DNA from: Octopus vulgaris | Lineage: Eukaryota | Direction of reading: 5' to 3' | Assembly (NCBI GenBank): GCA_951406725.2 | Contig: OX597814.1 | Location: 163,432,001-163,496,000 of the forward strand | DNA: 64,000 nucleotides | Shown here: positions 27,823 through 42,471 of the stretch, piece after piece | Numbering within the stretch: position 1 is the stretch's first letter | How the letters are laid out: every line of letters begins with the position of its first letter | Program-made: the position numbers and the translations under genes | Notes under the pieces: generated by a model | The model's database searches: none | What the model was told of the DNA's origin: nothing | What the model saw: the letters and a program-made list of their open reading frames with translations, nothing else

Positions 27823-28170
27823 TGAAAAGGTGCTCAGAGTTACTGTTAGTAAGATGATTAATAATTTTATAGGTGTCTACCTAGTCAGTTGCCAGAAGTC
27901 GGAGTTTCAATGTATCCATTCCCAGGGAAGTAAGGCATTCAGAATATGGCAAATGCCTGATGGAGACTATTCACTTGGTTGCACGTCGCTGAATGGTTTC
28001 CAGACGATTACTCATTAACCAAGATGGCATTGTAAGTAGAACTACTAGAGAAAATTTTATCCATAACAGCCCATTTTGCTTCTAAATTCGTTGTGCACAT
28101 TAAATAGGATGCCTCTAAAATTTACCTTTACCGCTCTACAAGTGTGAAATGTTTCAAACTAATAAAGCCA
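27820..28170 (-). mobile_element. CR1-like LINE fragment, duplicate of ~42120-42471
   Basis: Near-identical to 42120-42471. Confidence 0.8.
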
Positions 28171-28268
28171 CCTAGGTACAGGAAACCCCACTTCGATCCA
28201 CGGCTGAAATGGTAAAAGGGGAGGCAACTCTTTCCCATCTCAAAAAGAATCTTATTTTCTTCCTTTCT

Positions 28269-28459
28269 CATTGACCATTAACTTGATTTATTCAAGCCCA
28301 TGACGCGACTGTGATCTTGATTTTCATTGTTTAGTTTTCCTTTATTAGCATGACAATATAGTTAAGCGCTTTAATTAGTTTAGCCCTGAAATGTGAACTT
28401 GCAAATACACATATATACATATATATATATATGTATATGTATATATATATATATGTATA

Positions 28460-28553
<94 letters not shown>

Positions 28554-29330
28554 TATATACACACACACACACACACATATATATATACACACATATATAT
28601 ATACATATATATATATGTATATATATATTATATGTGTGTGTGTGGCTATATGTGTGTATATATATATATATTATACACACACACACATACATATATACTA
28701 AGTCTAATGAAACTATTAATTTATGTGTGAATATGTAGCTACACAGGTATATGCTTGTAGGCGTATATATGTGTATAAGATCATGTTTTAAAATTGGACC
28801 ACTTGAAGCACAAAGTTTACTAGTTTTCTAAAAGAATAAATTAGCAAAATCAAGGTCACATAGTATTGTAGTTCTGGGTTAACCAGAATTGATGGTCAAT
28901 TAAAAAAAAAAAAAAAACGTTTTACACCAAATATGAAACAAGGTGAGAAGAAGTCATGTGTGTAAGTAGAAAACGTGATCAGCAACAAGGCTGAAGTTAG
29001 GTGTGCAATAAATCAAGGATTTTGTATTCACGTGAATAGATGCTGGGAAATGTAAGTTTATAATGAAAAACAATCCCTGATTTGTGAGAAGTTAAGGTTC
29101 AGTTTACCATTCTCATGCCCTGGAGAATAGAGATTCATATTTATTCATTCATATATGCCCACCCACATAGACACAAACTTTTAGGCCCATGCACAAAGAT
29201 ATACACGTTTATAAAAATAAAAGTATATATTCATACACGTATTCATGTTTGTTTCTAAGCACACACATATTAAAATATTTACATATACATTATAACACAT
29301 ACTCACACAAAGGCACTAGCACACCTAATA

Positions 29331-29372
<42 letters not shown>

Positions 29373-32300
29373 GCTCTCAAGTACATTTATAAACTAGAGT
29401 GCAAGCTTCTATACAGTTGGTTAGGAGTAGTTTATAAATATCCCCCCAAATCACACCCTAATATAAGAGAAGGAAGTGCTGGGAAATTTAACCCCACACA
29501 TAAAATATCTTGGAAAATTATGAGATGATTACAGTAGGAAGACCTTTGATCATAAGTCTACTCAGTCAGTGATAATGTGGGGGTTAAAAGAATAATACAT
29601 TTACATACATAAACCTACTTAAAGCTATGTAATATAGCTTTACACGTATTCAAGCACATATGTAGCAATATGGGCAGCAAGCTGGCAGAAATGTTAGCAC
29701 GCCAGGTGAAATGCTTAACGGTATTTCGTCTGTTTTTACGTTCGGAGTTCAAATTCCGCCGAGGTCAACTTTGCCTTTCATCCTTTCAGGGTCAATGAAT
29801 TAAGTACCAGTTGTTCACTGGGGTCGATGTAATCGACTTAATCTGTGTGTCTGTCCTTGTTCGTCCCCTCTGTGTTAAGCCCCTTGTGGGTAGTAAAGAA
29901 ATAGGTATTTTGTCTGTTTTTACGTTCTGAGTTCAAATTCCACCGAGGTTGACTTTGCCTTTCATCCTTTTGGAGTTGATAAATAAAGTACCAGTTACGC
30001 TCAGTAATCTATTTATTCCCTTTGTCTGTCCTTGTCTGTCCCCTCTATGTTTAGCCCCTTGTAGGCAACAAAGAAATAACATATTGTAGCAATTAATCAT
30101 ACATTTACAGAACTACACACACTCTAATACAACTGCTCACACACTAATACAGTGTTTCATACATTAATATGTCACTCACACACTAATATACTCATTTAAC
30201 CATTCACATGTTAAAACAGCTGAGGCAACAACTTACACACTAATATATCCACTCACCAATACAACCACTCATGCACTGAGTCAAGCACACACTCAAAAAC
30301 ACAACTCACATATTAACACTACCATATACAGAGAGATACACACTCACATGCATTAACACAATCATTCACACATTGAGACAACTACTTACATACTAACTTG
30401 AACCAACTACAACCATAACACTTACACAAAGGAATAAATGAATAATTTTATAAATAAATTTCATTTAATCTATTTATGCCCCCGGTAGTAAACAGAAACT
30501 TATTTTATTGACTCTAAAATGATAAAAGGCAAAGTCAACCTTCATGTAAGTTGAACTCAGAAGGTAAAAGAACTAGAAGAAATCCTACTTGACATTTATT
30601 CCAGCTTGCTGACTCTGTCTGCTCACCTTTTATTCTTTTAGTAATAAAACTCAGATCATATATTTTTATTGGGTTCTCAGTTAACAATGTTTGTTTAGCT
30701 TCTTTCATTAATGATGTCTTATCCCTATAACAAATAAAATCTGCTTTCATTCCTCAAAGCCAAATAGCAGTGAAAGTAATGCTTAATAGAAATTAGTTGA
30801 TATTATTGCAAAGAATTTGAAGAATAGTGACTTGGCAGAATTAGTAGAGCATTGGACAAAATGTCATGTAGTGCTTACATTCCTTTAAATTTAGATTCCA
30901 AATCCCACTGCAGCCCACTTTGCCTTCATTCTTAAAGTATTATTGTCTTTGTGTTAGACAATACCCTTATACCCACTAAATGTGCCCATGTAATAAATTA
31001 CTGTTGATAGGAATTTGTTACAAAGATATCTAGTTATGAAGCTCACTTTGCAACTGTACAGTTCTGGGTTGGATCCATGTGAAATTTGACATATAGAAAC
31101 TGTCTAGAAATTCATTGGAGGGACCATATCTGTTCTTGGATTATAGACTTAATCCATTTTCCAGTTTAATATCCTTGTTGCAGGTATTTGTGCCAGGATT
31201 GTAGCCTGAGGTTAATTGCTTCTTTTTTTGCCACCTATGTTGGAGAGCCTAAAAAAAAAAGGTGATGAGTGCTGCCCTTCTTCCACTAATCCATTAAAAA
31301 TGAAGCCCCAATCATCATCAACATAAAATAATTTTATATTGATAATGGTAGTTTCTTTTTATAATTTTATCTAACATAGCACTGGTTCTAAGGTGTGATG
31401 GTGAGCACATATCTTTGTACATAGCATAGCATGGGAAGCAGAATGGATGATTGCCTTCATATATATACTTATACACACACAATATATATATATATATATA
31501 TATATATCATCATCATCATTATCATCATCATCATCGTCATTTAACGTCCGCTTTCTGTGCTGTCATGGGTTGGATAGTTTGACTGGGGGCTGGTGAGCCA
31601 GAAAGCTGTGCCAGGCTCCAATCTAATCTGGCAATTTTTCTACAGTTGGATGCCCTTCCTAAGGCCAACCACTCTGAAAGTGTAGTGGGTAATTTTTACA
31701 TGCCATCAGCACAGGACCAGTCAGGTGGCACTGGCATCAACAACACTTGAATGGTGCATTTTACGTTCCACCGGCATGGGTGCCAATCAAGCAGTACTGT
31801 CATCAGTCATGACAAAGATTTTACTTGCCTCAACAGGTCTTCACAAGCACAGTTTATTGGCCAATGATTGAAGGGTACTCTTAAATGGGCTGGTTATGCT
31901 GCACTGGCATAGGCCAGTTATGGTCTCACTTGGCTTGCCAGGTCTTCTCAAGCACAGCATATCTCCAAAGGTCTCGGTCACTTGTCATTGCCTTGGTGAG
32001 GCCCAACGTTCAAAGATCGTGCTTCAACACCTCATCCCATGTCTTCCTGGGTCTACCTCTTCCACAGGTTCCCTCTACTGCTAGAGTGTGACACTTTTTC
32101 ACACAGCTGTCCTCATTTATTCGCAACACATGACCATACCAGCGCAGTCATCTCTCTTGCACACCACATCTAATGCTTCTTATGTCCAACTTTCCTCTCA
32201 GGGCACTTACACTCTATCGTGTTTGCACACTGACATTACACATCCAGCGAAACATACTAGCTTCATTCCTTGCAAGCTTATGTATATCCCCAGCATTCAC

Positions 32301-33368
32301 GGCCCATGTTTCACTGCCATGTAGCATAGCTGTTCGCACACATGCATCATATAGTCTACCTTTTAATCTGAGTGAGAGGTCCTTTGTCACCAACAGAGGT
32401 AGAAGCTCTCTGAACTTTGCCCAGGCTATTCTTATTCTAGCAGCTACACTCTCAGAGCAACCACCCATGCTACTGACTTGGTCACCTAGGTAACAGAAGC
32501 TATCAACTACTTCTAGTTTTTCCCCCTGGCATATGATGAAATCTGTTTTCTGTACATCTTTGGTGTCTATTGCTCCTGTGCATCTGCCACACAAAAACTA
32601 TCTTCCCAGATAGCTTTCCACTGATATTGCTGCACCTCTTATGTGTCCTTAGCTTACACCAAGTACATCTTATGGAGTTTCTATCTATGCCATTTCTACA
32701 GATCGAGCAGGGCCATCTACCTGAAGGGATCTGTCATTTGTCTGCCTTCCTACTTATTGAGACTTTGGTTTTTGCTAGACTGACTCTAAGGCCCTTCGAT
32801 TCTAGACCTTGCTTCCACAGCTGAAGCTTCTCCTCTAGTTCTGATAGTGACTTACCTATTAGAGAAAAACCATCAGCATAGAGACGCTCCCAGGGACATC
32901 CTGTCTTGAATTCCTCTGCTATTGCCTGGAGGACTATGATAAATAAGAGGGGGCTGAGGACTGATCTTTGGTGGGCCCCTACTCCTACATGGAATTCTTC
33001 ACTGCACTCATTGCCAACCCTCACCTTACTGACAGCATCCCTGTACATGGCTTGTACAGCTCTCACTAACCACTCATATATCCCTTAGGAATTTCTCCTG
33101 CAGCTGTCTTACCAGAAATATAGCATCAGTGGTGCTTTTCCCTGGTATGAACCCAAACTGCATCTCGTCTAGACTGAACTCCCTAATTAGTAGGGTTATG
33201 ACTTTCATTACCTGATCCAGCAACTTGTTACCTCTGTAATTCTTCATATCTAATGCATCACCTTTATCTTTGTAGCAGCTGACTATGGTGCTGCTACACT
33301 AGTCATTGGGCATGACTCCTTCATATATCACCTGATTGACTATACCAGTGACTAGACTATAGCTGACA
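28269..33368 (+). repeat. Segmental duplication block A, copy 2
   Basis: Colinear with 16950-21495. Confidence 0.95.
31508..33368 (-). mobile_element. RTE LINE 3' portion with 3' UTR and (GAT)n tail
   Basis: RT motifs as in copy 1, plus MLHGSETW, GRGRPRKTW and tail repeats at ~31508-31540. Confidence 0.9.
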
Positions 33369-33493
33369 TGAAGTTCTCCCACAAATTAAATGGCTGAAAA
33401 TATCTCTATAATAAGCTGTACCAGATGAAGGACCAAATTTGCTAAGTAAACTGTACACACACACACACACACGCATACACACACACGCACACA

Positions 33494-33546
<53 letters not shown>

Positions 33547-33882
33547 GCACAGAGTTCTACACATATGTTTTGGTTTTTGAAAATACAGCATTGAACAAAG
33601 GCTATCCTAATATTTGAATGAAACCATTTCACTTTAATTTGTGGAACCAGTTGCTCCTGTATGATAAAACTTAATATTTATTTAACTGTCAATCAGTGAG
33701 ATATTAGACTAAATCAATTGAAGATCAGACAACAGACTCAGTAGTTGTCAGTTTGTATTCTGTCATTTGTAACTTCAACACAAGAGAGTCTCTTTTTTAA
33801 GTATGGACTTTATGAAATTTTACTCATCATACATTGAAGGACAAATCTTTCAATTTACAATTTAATATAGTAGAGCATTTAG

Positions 33883-33965
<83 letters not shown>

Positions 33966-34130
33966 ATATGTATATATTTTACCTATTATATACATTATAT
34001 TATTTTTGTAATTTACTTAATCTTTACTTTTTAATTGTTATTTTAATTTTAACTTTTCTATGATATGTAATTTTCTAGATGGTGTAATTTAATTATTCAT
34101 TTTGAATTGATAAAAGGTGGTTTTTTTCTA

Positions 34131-34169
<39 letters not shown>

Positions 34170-34903
34170 GTATAAATATCAACACAATTATTTCTCCTTC
34201 CTCTTTTCCTCTTCTCATTTCTTCCCTTCTCCAAACTCACAGATACCCCCCCCACACACACACGCACACACACACACACACACCTCCACAAAACAATCAT
34301 AAAAAGAATTCTTCTTCTCTAAACCCAAAAAACCATTTGACCATCTCTCATTAAACACATACACACACACACTCTCTCTCACAATGATAAAAAGAAATAT
34401 AATTTATGGTCTACCTCCCTGCACCACACACTCAATAACACTATGAAATGGTCAAAACTGAAATTCTTTTCCCCCAAGATCTTAGACCCCCTTGGAGTAA
34501 GCATGCTGTCCAGCAGAGCAAATAAAATTCTTTCCTTCTTCTTCCTTCTCCCTTCCCCTCCTTTTCTTTAGCACTCATTCCAAATACAAAAGCACACACA
34601 CACACACACATGCTCTCTCTCTCACTTTCTCCTCATCCATCACCCTCTTGTACTGTCTTATATTCCTCCCCACCACTACAAACTCAATGCCACTATAAAA
34701 TGGTCAAAACTTTTCACACAGGAACTTAGTTTGATTTGAAAACCCCACTAGAATGGGAGGAAGGGCTAATACATGATCTAAGTTATATGATGTATAAAAA
34801 ATGTAATATACAAATAAATATCTGTAAATATAAACCATCTGATTTTCTGAGTACCTCATTTCTTCTAATATAAAGTACCCGTACATCATCTCCAAATCTT
34901 CCA

Positions 34904-34934
<31 letters not shown>

Positions 34935-35240
34935 TAGCATTAAGGGTTTTAACTTATAATTTTAGCAATATATATATATATATAGCATCGTCAGTCCCGA
35001 TTAAATTTTTCCTTTATGGCTTTATATTGTGCACTGCTGCTTATAGTAAACACATTACCATATTACTAAATTAACCATAAATTTATATGATACATATATA
35101 CTGACAGAGGTTTTAGCTGAACCATCCAAGTAATTGGGATAGACACAAGTGACGAGTCTGCAATTACCAGACAAAACTAGTCTAGTCCAGTGGTTTTCCA
35201 GCTTTGCTCATGGATGATTACCTCCCTTGTCAGTGTGTGC

Positions 35241-35323
<83 letters not shown>

Positions 35324-35419
35324 TGTGTGCGTGCGTGTGCAACTTTAAGGGTTTTAACTCATATTTCTAGCACTATAGGTGCTATTCAGCACTCTTAGTC
35401 ACAATTAGTGAACGATTAT

Positions 35420-36680
35420 GTATGTGTGTATGTAAGTAAATCAATCAGTTTGCTCTGTCCATTTTGGGAGAACCCAAGCATTTCTTGATTTCTGTGTAGA
35501 TCTGTTTTTACATAGTCCAGTACACATATGATAATTAGGAGCAAACGAAAATCCGTAGCCTGTGTGTAAGAGCTACAGGTTTCTCATTAGTTCTCCATTT
35601 CCCTAATTTTTGAAGACACATTCACATTTTCTGGGCAACTGATCTTAACAACAGTGCATAACTTTTATTCCCTGTCCCATGTCTGACCTGCTGTTCTTAC
35701 ACCGGGTTGTTTGTATTGGAATGTTCCACTAGTCTACCTATATAAAAGCGGAAAAAAACTTGCACACTTTGACTTTGGTAAGGATTCAATGGCACTAGAC
35801 GTGCTAGGATTGAGCTGAAAATTTACACACTTATAGAAGGCGTGGTGTAGTTATGGCCAGAGTAGGTTTCAAGTCTCTATCTCGATAACAAAAATTCCAA
35901 TTCTATCTTGATGACAAAAATTTTAATTCTAAAGGGTCGAAACAAACCCGAGCAACGCCAGGCGATACTGCTAGTATTCTATTTTTATACATGTGGCTAC
36001 TCTCCAGTTCTGCTGTTCCACTGGTATAGCAGTCTGGATTATCCTTCCTGTGTGTAATACTGTAAACTGCCTTAGCAACAATGTCATGTCTCATGGTAAG
36101 GTAGTATCTTGAAAATATTTTCAGATAGCTACTGATAATATGAGTGATATCCACACTGGTATGACACAATCAACACTTTCTGACACAGCATGGAGGTTCA
36201 GAGGTATATTTATCTCTTTTGTTGACTTAGTATTTAGTATCTCTTGTTCTTGGATTGCAAAGGCATAACTTTCTTGGTCAGATGTAATTTACTTATCACA
36301 AGTCCAGGAGATGCTACTATTCCTGTCAATGTTGCTGACATTCTCTAGCATGGGATAGGTACCCATGCATAACTTTTTCTGCGAATACGATGAGTGTTTC
36401 TCCTCCAAGTCTCTAAGTAGAATAGTTGAGCCACTCTTGGTTCACATAGAGCGACTGTAAACGTACTGTAGGCCTACTTGTTCAAGAATATTCTCTACTT
36501 ATCTTACGATTTTGAGTATATATGTGATGTACTTTTTTGTCTCTTTACAATTAAGTTTGGTCTAAGTGGAATAATGAAGCACTCAGAGGCAGTATATTTT
36601 ATGCCTCTACTTCCATTCCACCGTTTAACATAGACCCAGTGTCTCTGTTGATTTGGAAATTACCAGCCAGCTTTATAGGT
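35420..36680 (-). mobile_element. R4/Dong-like LINE fragment (longer copy), with Helitron at 35733-35974
   Basis: Duplicate of 26920-27822 that extends further 5'. Confidence 0.7.
35733..35974 (+). mobile_element. Non-autonomous Helitron-like insertion, copy 2
   Basis: TCTACCTATATAAAAG ... cccgagcaacgccagg hairpin ... CTAG. Confidence 0.65.
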
Positions 36681-37313
36681 CGATTAAAAGAGAAGGGCAG
36701 TTCATATAAAATTGACTGCAAGCAGATGGAACAAATTTGGGTCACACTGCAACAGAATCAGTCTGTTACAAACTTTGCTTAGCCAAGAGGACAATAATTC
36801 AAAAATAATCGCATGACAGAAAATTCATTCTAGAAACGTGGCTTTCCACATTTGTGTATTAGAAAACGGAAAAATCGTACGTAGGTACAGGAAACCCACT
36901 TCGATCCACGGCTGAAATCGTAAAAGGGGAGACAACTCTTCCATCTCAAAAAGAATTTATTTGCTTCCTTTTTCACTTTTAGTTTTGTATTTTTGCCACC
37001 AAAGTGATCATTTACTTCCATTAGTAAAAATACTTATATGCTTCTGGACAGTCGTCTATATTGCCATATGCAATACTAAAAGCGAAACCAATGGTTACTT
37101 TCTGACTGGTCGTGTGCCACAATCAAGAATATACTACTTGACTACATAAATGTATAAAATGTATTTCTTTTAGGGTGTATATTTTTCTTGAGTTACTTCA
37201 CGCTCTCCTGGTCTCAGAGTGTATCGCAATAAGTCACCATGTAATTGGTGTTTTATAGCTGCTCCGCTGGCTGTGCGCATATACATAGTCACGAGAGGGC
37301 TTGTTTTATATTC

Positions 37314-38500
37314 ATGGAATTCTATGATTTCGGTTACTCTACCAAAGATGTTCCCATGCCGTCAAACAAAATCTACACTAGGATGGTATCGGAAAGCAAA
37401 CAAGACGCATGGGATTGAAATCCCACTTCTATGATCGAGTAGCACCACCCTCAGAATCCAATACTTACAACATCAAATCTAAGATTTCTACCCAGACTCA
37501 ACGAACTGGAGGCTTTCGAAGCAGATTTGCAGAGATACTCCCCAAATTGAAATACCGTAATTTCTTCAACCTTTTTCAACGCAAGCTTACTTCAGATCCA
37601 CCCTTAAAAATTAAGATAAAACAAAACAAAACTATGCAGAGTAGATACGGTACTTATGATAGACAGGCTTCCACTCGTACATACGATGGCATAAATAGCA
37701 AAGCCAAGCAGTTAGCGCTCTGGGTATAACTAACAAAGTGGGGACTTTAGCTACGAGGAATGCATTTATTACCATCAAGAATCATAAGCTGAACTTCGCT
37801 TCCAATCTAGTCCTATCTGATAAACCCAAATAAATCGGAAATCGAGCATAATTTGAGGAAGATAAACAACAACACAAAGAAGGTATCCCGCTCTTTTCTT
37901 GTGGTGTAATACTAATAAAGTAATTTCATGGTTTAAGGCAAACCAGAGTAGGGACAGAGCACGGTTCATCCCATTCGATATAGTGGACTTAATCCATATT
38001 TATCGAAAGGATTACTAGAAAGGGCATTTGTTTTCGCAAAGGAACTAACTAACGTTAGTGATAGAAATATAGCGGTATAATGCACATCAGAAAAGACCCA
38101 GAAGGTTCCTTCGATGTGGCATTAGGAGTATTCGACAGCGCAGATATCTGCGGCCTCATGATTATAAATACTTGACACCTTAAGTAAGAGGTTCTCATCA
38201 GACGGCTTTGGTTTCGTATATAGCGATGAAGTTTTAACCATTTCTAGAAGTGCGAGTGGGCACACCTGAACAAGACCTGATTCACACACTTAACTCCCTT
38301 GGTCTTAAGGTTACCATACCATTGAGACTAACTTTACAATAGGTAACCTTTTTTTAGATATTATACTCGGTTTAGGATCAGTGAGAATTCAAACCTATCC
38401 TCGAATAAAGACATTTTTTACACAGCGGTCCCTATTACAACGAAACTCTGATAGCCAGCCGGTTTAAGGACAGCATCATCTATATTTTGGTACCTGACAT
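37314..38500 (+). pseudogene. Highly degraded Penelope-like RT ORF (N-terminus and RT core)
   Basis: Fragments FGYSTKDVPMPS, LKSHFYD, AFITIKNHK.NF, INPNKSEI, VISWFK, FIPFDIVD, FDVALGVFDSADIC and VYSD match PLE RT motifs. Confidence 0.7.
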
Positions 38501-38829
38501 CCTCAAAATAAAGCGTCGTCATAAAGTCATTTAGCTGGTCCCACTCACTCAGCGACAAAACCTACGTGGGAAAGGGTCTTCCTTAGATTAGCAGATAAGC
38601 GTTTCACACAATCCCATAGATATAGATTATGGTCTTCCCCGTCTGAGAACTACAAAAAGTAAAATGGTACTCAGGAAATCCGTACGAAACAGGAATCGTA
38701 GAAGGGGAGGCAACTCTTTCACTAAGGTTGTATAGTTATTTCCATCAGTAAAGAGGCTATTTGTTCCCAGCTAGCATGTCTGATGTGTTGTTTATCACTA
38801 AGTACAATAGTCGACGCGAAACCAAAGGT

Positions 38830-39330
38830 AACTTTCCTATCAGTTATATGCCGACCCCTCCACATATTTCCAAACCGACTCCTCATCTTCTTCAAACGAG
38901 CCTGCAACCTACGAGACCTCTTGGTCCACAGCTTCTTCCCTAATCCAACCTCCCAACCCGGCTCGTTCCCCCTGCTCCCGCCCATGCTGTCGCACTTGCC
39001 TTTACCTCTCCAACACCGCCCTCCTCGCAGGCACACATTATTGACCCTATCATATCACTGACTCCTTCACCTACACCTAGCAACGTCATCTACTGCATCT
39101 CCTGCTCTCTCTGCCCTTCTCTATACATCGGTCAAACGGGACGCCGCTTGGCTGACCGGTTCGCGGAACACCTCCGAGACATCCGACTAGGCAACCACAC
39201 CCCGGTCTCGCGCCATTTCCGCTCTACCGGTCACTCTTTACAACACCTGTCTGTGTTCGGATTGTCATTGCACAGGGGCCGTCCGGACTCCCGTCTTCGC
39301 CATGAGCAGAGATTAATCTTCTCTCTTCGT
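38830..39330 (+). mobile_element. Penelope-like GIY-YIG endonuclease fragment
   Basis: NVIYCISCSLCPSLYIGQTGRRLADRFAEHLRDI.....PVSRHF....H. Confidence 0.85.
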
Positions 39331-39564
39331 GGATGATGGTGTAGGTGCTGGGAAGTGGTCAGTGCTAGTGTGTGGGTGATGAGAAATGGTCAGTGTTAGT
39401 GTGTGCGGGCTAGTGTGATATGGTGTGCTGTGGTATGGTGGTGTGGTGGTGTGTGGTGTAGTGTGGTGGTGTGGGGGAGGCGAGAGTGGGGGTTATCAAG
39501 GGTGGGGTCTAAGGAATTGTATTGGGATAGTTGGGTTGGAATGTGTAGGAGTGGGGTTACAGAA

Positions 39565-39957
39565 GAGAACCAGTCATTTTTTATGACAATGCTCGATCTC
39601 ACGTTTCAATAATGACGCTCCAGAAGTTGACGGAACTTGGCTACGAAGTTCTTCCCCACCTAGCTTATTCCCCAGACCGTTCTCCTACTCACTACCACTT
39701 TTTCAAGCACCTTTGATGGTTTCCTGCGAGAGAATGAGTTCAAAAACCAAACCGATGCTGAAAGTGCGTTTGAAGAGTTCATCAGCTCCAGAACTCCAAA
39801 TTGTCATGTTACCAGAATAAACAAACTTGTAACTCATTGCAAAAATGTGTTGATTGTAATGGTACTTACTTAGATAAATAAAATTTCCGCATTGTTGAAA
39901 TATATTGTGATGAATTTCATGTTTTAAAATGTTGCTTACTTTTTACTCAGCCTGATA
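39565..39957 (+). mobile_element. Mariner 3' fragment
   Basis: DNARSH...LQKL.ELGYEVLPHLAYSPDRSPTHYHFF, ending in a TIR-like sequence plus TA. Confidence 0.85.
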
Positions 39958-40869
39958 TATGTGTGTGTGTGTGTGTAGTATACATCCAGTTTTCTATGGA
40001 TTCTGTTGGAGTGATTGACTTAAGTTACATATTATATATTAAAATGTGAATGAATATGTACGGTATGGTACATGGTAGCTAAATTACGAAAGTATACAGA
40101 GTTATGTCCCTTGCATAACAATATAATAGTCTTGAATTCGCGTCTTACAATTATAGCATTGACAATAAGTAGTAGATGTGAATTCGAAAACTTGTCCCAG
40201 TTAAAACCAAAAGCTACTACTAATAATCCTACGCATCACCTCAAGGAGCCCCTTCAGTCTAAAGAGGGAATATCTCTGTTGTTGTCTGCCTTGATTGAAG
40301 TAGTAGCTGAATCTCCCTCAAATCACATCCAACAATATTAAAAAGAATGGTGGATAATGTAATACCAGCACATGAATAAACACTGAATGATCATAGCTGG
40401 AATATTTTTAATTATAGGACTACTCGATCAGGATTGACCTGGAGCTGAAACCCAGCAAGGCAACCCACACAAACCAACGAATGAGCTTCTGCGTTGTCAT
40501 GTGCCTTGCTAGAAATCATAGTCAAATCCCAATCAAAAGCTAGAATGCCTTTATCAAGATGAAGCAACACAAGCAACAAATCTCTCACCTTTTAACTGTA
40601 GCTTTTTCTGTCTTTAGACTCCATTTTCTTGTTCCATATGAATAAAGGAATTTCGCTGTACTCATTCCTTTAAATTCATCTGCTGCCGTTGCCAATCTGT
40701 GAACTTCTCCAATCACCAACGAACTGTTTGATATCTCTTGTCTAGAGGTATATGGTAATTGTTGTCAAAGGATATGTGACTGTGCAGAACCTACTGTTCT
40801 GACATAAATATCACTCAAAAATTAAATATAACAATCTTTGTCACTGAGTGTGTAGCATCAGGTTTATAA

Positions 40870-41105
40870 ACAAATTACAACCAGATTATCTCATGTTCTG
40901 TCAAATTTTTAGCACAAGGCAAGCAATTTTGAGGAGAGTGGGGAGATGATTACATCGATTTGATTGCTATTTTATTTTACTGATCCCACAAAGATGAAAG
41001 ACAGAATCGATTTCAGCAACATTTGAACTCCGAGCATAAAAAGCCATAAGAAGTGCTGCCCAGCATTTTGTCAAGCATGGTAATGATTCTGCCAGCTCAC
41101 TGCTC
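40870..41105 (-). mobile_element. Nin-domain-like SINE, degraded
   Basis: tttgaactc...tctgccagctc; similar to the 18320 family. Confidence 0.6.
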
Positions 41106-41771
41106 TAACCAGTTTATATAATATTCAAAGAACAGAATTATTATAAATATAATTTACCATTTTTAAATGGTGTGCATAGTTTACACTCTGCTATTGCTCA
41201 ATATCAACAACTATTCTTGGTTCTTGTATTCCTTTGCTGGCACAGAAAACACATTTTTATTATCTTAAACTCTTTTTGTATTATTACCAACATATTTCCA
41301 TGGTCAACATTGACACTCCTATCATTCTTGATCACTCTATACCCAGCTTTTACCAAATTACCAGTCTCTGCTTTGACAGGATTGTTTGCCCATTGTCTAA
41401 TGGACATTCCTCCAAATACTGCCCAATACTATACAATTTCTTGAACCCTTTAGCTCCACAATCAGTTAATATCCTTCACACAGGGCTCATCCAAAAGCTA
41501 AGCAGTTAACTGGATCAATGCTCTTGAGCATTACTTCACATCCCACACAAAAACCAAAGCCTCTCTCACCCCCAGCAATTTGGCCAAAGAACACAGTCCA
41601 CATTTAGAGATATTCACCCACAACTGGGTAGCTTTTAGCCACTCACACAATTTCTGATCAATTATCACCTAAAAAGCAAAAAAATAACGTTGTGGACTTC
41701 ATGCTCTTGCATCTGCCAAATCTCAGTCAGTAATGCAAGTTCCTTTGCCAAGATCTCCATTACTTTTGTAG

Positions 41772-42471
41772 AATAATAATGGTAATGAAATTATTGTATA
41801 CAGTGCTCAGGTGCACCACAACTTGTCAAAAGTGCGTATAAAGCATATGCAGTAATGTACAAATGTTTGGAAAGTAAACAGTGTATGAGTCAGATACATG
41901 CTTGCGTGTGTATGGAAGGGAGAAAATCAGGTGTAGTGTTGACGAATCTCAGGAAGCATGGACATTTGGAAGGATGCTGTGCTCCGACAACTAACAACTG
42001 ATGCCGGCAGTTTGTTCCATACTTCAGCAACTCTTAGCGTAAAAAAATGTTTCTGAAAGTCATGGGAGCTGTGCTGTTTTCTGACTTTGTAAACATGTCC
42101 ATAGATGTTAGACAGGTGGAGTTTGAAAAGGTGCTCAGAGTTACTGTTAGTAAGATGATTAATAATTTTATGGGTGTCTACCTAGTCAGTTGCCAGACGT
42201 CGGAGTTTCAATGTATCCATTCCCAGGGAAGTAAGGCATTCAGAATATGGCAAATGCCTGATGGAGAGTATTCTCTTGGTTGCACGTCGCTGAATGGTTT
42301 CCAGACGATTACTGATTAACCAAGATGGCATTGTAAGTAGAACTACTAGAGAAATTTTTATCCTTAACAGCCCATTTTGCTTCTAAATTCTTTGTGCACA
42401 TTAAATAGGATGCCTCTAAAATTTACCTTTACCACTCTACAAGTGTGAAATGTTTCAAACTAATAAAGCCA
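41772..42471 (-). mobile_element. CR1-like LINE 3' end
   Basis: Minus strand FFTLRVAEVWNKLP and upstream RT C-terminal sequence, with a short (TTA)n-like tail. Confidence 0.75.

Noticed and set aside
37200-38650. Endogenous viral or bacterial insert (CpG-richer unique-looking DNA)
   Set aside because: Frameshifted translation gives Penelope-like RT motifs.
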